From contig OZ024742.1 in assembly GCA_964016885.1 (NCBI GenBank), forward strand, positions 343,046,001-343,110,000: a stretch of 64,000 bases of DNA. Direction: 5' to 3'. Under the pieces are notes generated by a model. The model was not told where the DNA came from, did no database searches, and saw nothing but the letters and a program-made list of their open reading frames with translations. Numbering within the stretch: the stretch's first letter is position 1; each line of letters begins with the position of its first letter. The DNA is from Eledone cirrhosa. Taxonomy: Eukaryota. This document shows positions 56,201 through 64,000 of this stretch, piece by piece. The translations under genes and the position numbers were made by a program.

Positions 56201-58860
56201 GTGGTATGAAGTATGTGATATCCAGTGGTATGAAGTATGTGATCTACAGTGGTATGAAGTATGTGTTCTCCCGTGGTATGAAGTATGTGATATCCAGTGG
56301 TATGAAGTATGTGATCTACAGTGGTATGAAGTATCTCAGCTCCAGTGGTATGAAGTATGTGATCTCCTGTGGTATGAATTATGTGATCTACAGTGGTATG
56401 AAGTATGTGATCTCCAGTGGTATGAAGTATGTGATCTACAGTGGTATGAAGTATGTGATCTCCTGTGGTATGAAGTATGTGATCTCCAGTGGTATGAAGT
56501 ATGTCAGCTCCAGTGGTATGAAGTATGTGATCTCCAGTGGTATGAAGTATGTGATATCCAGTGGTATGAAGTATGTCAGCTCCAGTGGTATGAAGTATGT
56601 GATCTCCTGTGGTATGAAGTATGTGATCTACAGTGGTATGAAGTATGTGATCTCCAGTGGTATGAAGTATGTGATCTACAGTGGTATGAAGTATGTAATC
56701 TCCAGTGCTATGAAGTATGTGATCTCCAGTGGTATGAAGTATGTGATCTACAGTGGTATGAAGTATGTGATCTCCAGTGGTATGAAGTATGTCAGCTCCA
56801 GTGGTATGAAGTATGTGATCTCCTGTGGTATGAAGTATGTGATCTACAGTGGTATGAAGTATGTGATCTCCAGTGGTATGAAGTATGTGATCTACAGTGG
56901 AATGAAGTATGTAATCTCCAGTGGTATGAAGTATGTGATCTACAGTGGTATGAAGTATGTGATCTCCAGTGGTATGAAGTATGTGATCTACAGTGGTATG
57001 AAGTATGTGATCTCCTGTGGTATGAAGTATGTAATCTCCAGTGGTATGAAGTATGTGATCTACAGTGGTATGAAGTATGTGATCTCCAGTGGTATGAAGT
57101 ATGTCAGCTCCAGTGGTATGAAGTATGTGATCTCCTGTGGTATGAAGTATGTGATCTACAGTGGTATGAAGTATGTGATCTCCAGTGGTATGAAGTATGT
57201 GATCCACAGTGGTATGATGTATGTGATCTCCAGTGGTATGAAGTATGTTAGCTCCAGTGCTATGAAGTGTGTGATCTACAGTGGTATGAAGTATGTGATC
57301 TACAGTGGTATGAAGTATGTAATCTCCAGTGGTATGAAGTATGTGATCTACAGTGGTATGAAGTATGTGATTTACAGTGGTATGAACTATGTGATCTACA
57401 GTGGTATGAAGTATGTGATCTCCTGTGGTATGAAGTATGTGATCTACAGTGGTATGAAGTATGTGATCTCCAGTGGTCTGAAGTATGTGATCTACAGTGG
57501 TATGAAGTATGTGATATCCTGTGGTATGAAGTATGTGATCTCCAGTGGTATGAAGTATGTCAGCTCCAGTGGTATGAAGTATGTGATCTCCTGTGGTATG
57601 AAGTATGTGATCTACAGTGGTATGAAGTATGTGATCTCCAGTGATATGAAGTATGTGATCTACAGTGGTATGAAGTATGTGATATCCTGTGGTATGAAGT
57701 ATGTGATCTCCAGTGGTATGAAGTAAGTCAGCTCCAGTGGTATGAAGTATGTGATCTCCAGTGGTATGAGGTATGTGATCTACAGTGGTATGAAGTATGT
57801 GATCTCCTGTGGTATGAAGTATGTGATCTACAGTGGTATGAAGTATGTTAGCTCCTGTGGTATGAAGTATGTGATCTCCAGTGGTATGAAGTATGTGATC
57901 TACAGTGGTATGAAGTATGTGATCTACAGTGGTATGAAGTATGTGATCTACAGTGGTATGAAGTATGTAATCTCCAGTGGTATGAAGTATGTGATCTACA
58001 GTGGTATGAAGTATGTGATCTCCAGTGGTATGAAGTATGTCAGCTCCAGTGGTATGAAGTATGTGATCTCCTGTGGTATGAAGTATGTGATCTACAGTGG
58101 TATGAAGTATGTGATCTCCAGGGGTATGAAGTATGTGATCCACAGTGGTATGATGTATGTGATCTCCAGTGGTATGAAGTATGTTAGCTCCAGTGCTATG
58201 AAGTGTGTGATCTACAGTGGTATGAAGTATGTGATCTACAGTGGTATGAAGTATGTAATCTCCAGTGGTATGAAGTATGTGATCTACAGTGGTATGAAGT
58301 ATGTGATTTACAGTGGTATGAACTATGTGATCTACAGTGGTATGAAGTATGTGATCTCCTGTGGTATGAAGTATGTGATCTACAGTGGTATGAAGTATGT
58401 GATCTCCAGTGGTCTGAAGTATGTGATCTACAGTGGTATGAAGTATGTGATATCCTGTGGTATGAAGTATGTGATCTCCAGTGGTATGAAGTATGTCAGC
58501 TCCAGTGGTATGAAGTATGTGATCTCCTGTGGTATGAAGTATGTGATCTACAGTGGTATGAAGTATGTGATCTCCTGTGGTATGAAGTATGTGATCTACA
58601 GTGGTATGAACTATGTGATATCCTGTGGTATGAAGTATGTGATCTCCAGTGGTATGAAGTAAGTCAGCTCCAGTGGTATGAAGTATGTGATCTCCAGTGG
58701 TATGAGGTATGTGATCTACAGTGGTATGAAGTATGTGATCTCCTGTGGTATGAAGTATGTGATCTACAGTGGTATGAAGTATGTTAGCTCCTGTGGTATG
58801 AAGTATGTGATCTCCAGTGGTATGAAGTATGTGATCTACAGTGGTATGAAGTATGTGATC
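49730..58860. repeat. Region built from a 936-bp (39-monomer) sub-unit duplicated in pairs
   Basis: Marker GTTAGCTCCAGTGCTATGAAGTGTGTG at 49971/50907, 52155/53091, 53691/54627 and 57267/58203 (each offset 936); TAA variants 54150/55086 and 57726/58662. The outer boundaries are approximate. Confidence 0.85.
51770..54840. repeat. 1536-bp (64-monomer) tandem duplication overlapping the 2184-bp duplication
   Basis: GTGGAATG 51785/53321, TAA variant 52614/54150 and marker ORF starts 52155/53691 and 53091/54627. Confidence 0.87.
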
Positions 58861-61800
58861 TACAGTGGTATGAAGTATGTGATCTACAGTGGTATGAAGT
58901 ATGTGATCTACAGTGGTATGAAGTATGTGATATCCTGTGGTATGAAGTATGTGATATCCTGTGGTATGAAGTATGTGATCTCCAGTGGTATGAAGTATGT
59001 CAGCTCCAGTGTTATGAAGTATGTGATCTCCAGTGGTATGAAGTATGTGATCTACAGTGGTATGAATTATGTGATCTCCTGTGGTATGAAGTATGTGATC
59101 TACAGTAGTATGAAGTATGTTAGCTCCTGTGGTATGATGTATGTGATCTCCAGTGGTATGAAGTATGTGATCTCCAGTGGTATGAAGTATGTGATTTACA
59201 GTGGTATGAAGTATGTGATCCACAGCGGTATGAAGTATGTGATCTATAGTGGTATGAAGTATGTGATATCCTGTGGTATGAAGTATGTGATATCCTGTGG
59301 TATGAAGTATGTGATCTCCAGTGGTATGAAGTATGTGATCGCCAGTGGTATGAAGTATGTGATATCCTGTGGTATGAAGTATGTGATCTCCAGTGGTATG
59401 AAGTATGTGATCTCCAGTGGTATGAAGTATGTGATCTCCAGTGGTATGAAGTATGTGATCTACAGTGGTATGAAGTATGTGATCTCCAGTAGTATGAAGT
59501 ACGTCAGCTCCAGTGGTATGAAGTATGTAATCTCCAGTGGTATGAAGTACGTCAACTCCAGTGGTATGAAGTATGTGATCTCCAGTGGTATGAAGTATGT
59601 GATCTCCAGTGGTATGAAGTATGTGATCTCCAGTGGTATGAAGTATGTCAGCTCCAGTGGTATGAAGTATGTGATATCCTGTGGTATGAAGTATGTGATC
59701 TACAGTGGTATGAAGTATGTGATCTACAGTGGTATGAAGTATGTGATCTCCAGTGGTATGAAGTATGTGATCTCCAGTGGTATGAAGCATGTGATCTACA
59801 GTGGTATGAAGTATGTGATATCCCGTGGTATGAAGTATGTGATCTCCAGTGGTATGAAGTATGTGATCTCCAGTGGTATGAAGTATGTGATCTCCAGTGG
59901 TATGAAGTATGTGATATCCTGTGGTATGAAGTATGTGATATCCTGTGGTATGAAGTATGTGATCTACAGTGGTATGAAGTATGTGATATCCTGTGGTATG
60001 AAGTATGTGATCTCCAGTGGTATGAAGTATGTGATATACCGTGGTATGAAGTATGTGATCTCCAGTGGTATGAAGTATGTGATCTCCAGTGGTATGAAGT
60101 ATGTGATCTACAGTGGTATGAAGTATGTGATATCCTGTGGTATGAAGTATGTGATATCCTGTGGTATGAAGTATGTGATCTACAGTGGTATGAATATGTG
60201 ATCTACAGTGGTATGAAGTATGTGATCTCCAGTAGTATGAAGTATGTGATCTACAGTGGTATGAAGTATGTGATCTACAGTGGTATGAAGTATGTGATCT
60301 ACAGTGGTATGAAGTATGTGATCTACAGTGGTATGAAGTATGTGATCTACAGTGGTATGCAGTATGTGATCTACAGTGGTATGAAGTATGTGATCTACAG
60401 TGGTATGAAGTATGTGATCTACAGTGGTATGAAGTATGTCAGCTCCAGTGGTATGAAGTATGTGATCTACAGTGGTATGAAGTATGTGATCTACAGTGGT
60501 ATGAAGTATGTGATATCCTGTGGTATGAAGTATGTGATCTCCTGTGGTATGATGTATGTGATATCCTGTGGTATGAAGTATGTGATATCCAGTGGTGTGA
60601 AGTATGTGATCTACAGTGGTATGAAGTATGTGATCTACAGTGGTATGAAGTATGTGATATCCTGTGGTATGAAGTATGTGATCTACAGTGGTATGAAGTA
60701 TGTGATATCCTGTGGTATGAAGTATGTGATATCCTGTGGTATGAAGTATGTGATCTACAGTGGTATGAAGTATGTGATATCCTGTGGTATGAAGTATGTG
60801 ATCTCCAGTGGTATGAAGTATGTGATATCCTGTGGTATGAAGTATGAGATATCCTGTGGTATGAAGTATGTGATCTACAGTGGTATGATGTATGTAATCT
60901 CCAGTGGTATGAAGTATGTGATCTACAGTGGTATGAAGTATGTAATCTCCAGTGGTATGAAGTATGTGATCTCCAGTGGTATGAAGTATGTGATCTCCAG
61001 TGGTATGAAGTATGTGATCTCCAGTGGTATGAAGTATGTGAACTCCAGTGGTATGAAGTATGTAATCTCCAGTGGTATGAAGTATGTGATTGTGGTATGA
61101 AGTATGTGATCTCCAGTAGTATGAAGTATTTCAGCTCCAGTGGTATGAAGTATGTCAGCTCCAGTGGTATAAAGTATGTGATCTACAGTGGTATGAAGTA
61201 TGTGATCTCCAGTGGTATGAAGTATGTGATCTCCTGTGGTATGAAGTATGTGATCTACAGTGGAATGAAGTATGTGATATCCTGTGGTATGAAGTATGTG
61301 ATCTCCAGTGGTATGAAGTATGTGATCTCCAGTGGTATGAAGTATGTCATCTCCAGTGGTATGAAGTATGTGATCTCCAGTGGTATGAAGTATGTGATCT
61401 CCAGTGGTATGAAGTATGTGATATCCAGTGGTATGAAGTATGTGATCTACAGTGGTATGAAGTATGTGTTCTCCCGTGGTATGAAGTATGTGATATCCAG
61501 TGGTATGAAGTATGTGATCTACAGTGGTATGAAGTATCTCAGCTCCAGTGGTATGAAGTATGTGATCTCCTGTGGTATGAATTATGTGATCTACAGTGGT
61601 ATGAAGTATGTGATCTCCAGTGGTATGAAGTATGTGATCTACAGTGGTATGAAGTATGTGATCTCCTGTGGTATGAAGTATGTGATCTCCAGTGGTATGA
61701 AGTATGTCAGCTCCAGTGGTATGAAGTATGTGATCTCCAGTGGTATGAAGTATGTGATATCCAGTGGTATGAAGTATGTCAGCTCCAGTGGTATGAAGTA

Positions 61801-64000
61801 TGTGATCTCCTGTGGTATGAAGTATGTGATCTACAGTGGTATGAAGTATGTGATCTCCAGTGGTATGAAGTATGTGATCTACAGTGGTATGAAGTATGTA
61901 ATCTCCAGTGCTATGAAGTATGTGATCTCCAGTGGTATGAAGTATGTGATCTACAGTGGTATGAAGTATGTGATCTCCAGTGGTATGAAGTATGTCAGCT
62001 CCAGTGGTATGAAGTATGTGATCTCCTGTGGTATGAAGTATGTGATCTACAGTGGTATGAAGTATGTGATCTCCAGTGGTATGAAGTATGTGATCTACAG
62101 TGGAATGAAGTATGTAATCTCCAGTGGTATGAAGTATGTGATCTACAGTGGTATGAAGTATGTGATCTCCAGTGGTATGAAGTATGTGATCTACAGTGGT
62201 ATGAAGTATGTGATCTCCTGTGGTATGAAGTATGTAATCTCCAGTGGTATGAAGTATGTGATCTACAGTGGTATGAAGTATGTGATCTCCAGTGGTATGA
62301 AGTATGTCAGCTCCAGTGGTATGAAGTATGTGATCTCCTGTGGTATGAAGTATGTGATCTACAGTGGTATGAAGTATGTGATCTCCAGTGGTATGAAGTA
62401 TGTAATCTCCAGTGGTATGAAGTATGTGATTGTGGTATGAAGTATGTGATCTCCAGTAGTATGAAGTATTTCAGCTCCAGTGGTATGAAGTATGTCAGCT
62501 CCAGTGGTATGAAGTATGTGATCTACAGTGGTATGAAGTATGTGATCTCCAGTGGTATGAAGTATGTGATCTCCTGTGGTATGAAGTATGTGATCTACAG
62601 TGGTATGAAGTATGTGATCTCCTGTGGTATGAAGTATGTGATCTACAGTGGTATGAACTATGTGATATCCTGTGGTATGAAGTATGTGATCTCCAGTGGT
62701 ATGAAGTAAGTCAGCTCCAGTGGTATGAAGTATGTGATCTCCAGTGGTATGAGGTATGTGATCTACAGTGGTATGAAGTATGTGATCTCCTGTGGTATGA
62801 AGTATGTGATCTACAGTGGTATGAAGTATGTTAGCTCCTGTGGTATGAAGTATGTGATCTCCAGTGGTATGAAGTATGTGATCTACAGTGGTATGAAGTA
62901 TGTGATCTACAGTGGTATGAAGTATGTGATCTACAGTGGTATGAAGTATGTGATCTACAGTGGTATGAAGTATGTGATATCCTGTGGTATGAAGTATGTG
63001 ATATCCTGTGGTATGAAGTATGTGATCTCCAGTGGTATGAAGTATGTCAGCTCCAGTGTTATGAAGTATGTGATCTCCAGTGGTATGAAGTATGTGATCT
63101 ACAGTGGTATGAATTATGTGATCTCCTGTGGTATGAAGTATGTGATCTACAGTAGTATGAAGTATGTTAGCTCCTGTGGTATGATGTATGTGATCTCCAG
63201 TGGTATGAAGTATGTGATCTCCAGTGGTATGAAGTATGTGATTTACAGTGGTATGAAGTATGTGATCCACAGCGGTATGAAGTATGTGATCTATAGTGGT
63301 ATGAAGTATGTGATATCCTGTGGTATGAAGTATGTGATATCCTGTGGTATGAAGTATGTGATCTCCAGTGGTATGAAGTATGTGATCGCCAGTGGTATGA
63401 AGTATGTGATCTCCAGTGGTATGAAGTATGTGATATCCTGTGGTATGAAGTATGTGATCTCCAGTGGTATGAAGTATGTGATCTCCAGTGGTATGATGTA
63501 TGTGATCTCCATTGGTATGAAGTATGTGATCTACAGTGGTATGAAGTATGTGATCTCCAGTAGTATGAAGTACGTCAGCTCCAGTGGTATGAAGTATGTA
63601 ATCTCCAGTGGTATGAAGTACGTCAACTCCAGTGGTATGAAGTATGTGATCTCCAGTGGTATGAAGTATGTGATCTCCAGTGGTATGAAGTATGTGATCT
63701 CCAGTGGTATGAAGTATGTCAGCTCCAGTGGTATGAAGTATGTGATATCCTGTGGTATGAAGTATGTGATCTACAGTGGTATGAAGTATGTGATCTACAG
63801 TGGTATGAAGTATGTGATCTCCAGTGGTATGAAGTATGTGATCTCCAGTGGTATGAAGCATGTGATCTACAGTGGTATGAAGTATGTGATATCCCGTGGT
63901 ATGAAGTATGTGATCTCCAGTGGTATGAAGTATGTGATCTCCAGTGGTATGAAGTATGTGATCTCCAGTGGTATGAAGTATGTGATATCCTGTGGTATGA

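Larger units (their letters stand above)
48424..59790 (-). other. Repeat-derived open reading frame (3788 aa of HILHTT(G/V)D); not supported as a real CDS
   Basis: From the ORF track. The start is a variant monomer (AAGCAT) and the end follows the 4-bp deletion near 48590. There is no non-repetitive terminus, signal peptide or domain. The confidence refers to protein-coding status. Confidence 0.07.
1..64000. repeat. Tandem satellite array of a 24-bp monomer GGTATGAAGTATGTGATCT(C/A)CAGT, about 2670 head-to-tail copies, extending past both window edges
   Basis: The motif is readable on every line. The monomer ATG lies at position 0 (TGAAG at 1) and at 63997; adding the 83 counted deleted bases gives 64080 = 2670 x 24. 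Main core variants after GAAGTAT: GTGATCTCCA, GTGATCTACA, GTGATATCCT, GTGATCTCCT, GTCAGCTCCA, GTAATCTCCA, GTGATATCCA, GTTAGCTCCA. Confidence 0.99.

Noticed and set aside
9-62709. Plus-strand ORFs (MKYVISSG)n and (YEVCDLQW)n as protein-coding genes
   Set aside because: They are translations of a 24-bp repeat. Their ends fall at satellite indels or point variants, several frames overlap, stops are copied with duplicated blocks, and there are no unique domains or termini.
1-64000. CRISPR array (constant repeat plus variable spacer)
   Set aside because: The variable part is about 8 bp with a few related states rather than unique 25-45 bp spacers. There is no leader and no cas gene.
1-64000. Telomerase-made long-unit telomere like the 23-25 bp repeats of Candida or Kluyveromyces
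   Set aside because: The unit length and G/T skew are superficially similar. However, the array is at least 64 kb, has multi-kb higher-order duplications of variant patterns that indicate recombinational copying, and does not match a telomere unit I recognise. A subtelomeric location is not excluded.
1-64000. Pure sequencing or amplification artefact (rolling-circle concatemer) or synthetic data-storage DNA
   Set aside because: The nested duplications of many sizes, copy-private substitutions and spatial variant domains fit natural array evolution rather than one repeated template. Local misassembly remains possible.
1-64000. Link between the 24-bp period and 24-nt siRNAs or nucleosome length (6 x 24 = 144, 7 x 24 = 168)
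   Set aside because: This is only a numerical coincidence. The observed higher-order units (27, 39, 45, 64 and 91 monomers) share no 6- or 7-monomer period.
1-64000. Hidden unique insert, inversion, transposon, tRNA or rRNA within the array
   Set aside because: None was seen on reading. The monomer phase at both window ends is fully accounted for by the 38 counted deletions.

Overview
The whole 64 kb is one uninterrupted, single-orientation tandem array (satellite or very long minisatellite) of a 24-bp monomer, consensus GGTATGAAGTATGTGATCT(C/A)CAGT. There is no unique sequence, inversion, transposon or recognisable gene. I count 15 monomers with a 4-bp deletion and 23 with a 1-bp deletion. 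These 83 deleted bases reconcile the monomer phase at the two window ends to exactly 2670 monomers. All ORFs in the track are translations of the repeat: 24 is divisible by 3 and several frames lack stops. The informative signal is the order of monomer variants. It shows nested higher-order repeats (648, 936, 1080, 1536, 2184, 2491, about 3100 and about 9500 bp), a recurring indel-bounded cassette, left and right variant domains, and an 11.6-kb indel-free tract carrying a 3788-codon His/Thr-rich open frame. I found no evidence of a new gene system. The organism and function cannot be determined from this window; a eukaryotic heterochromatic array is the most likely context (inference).
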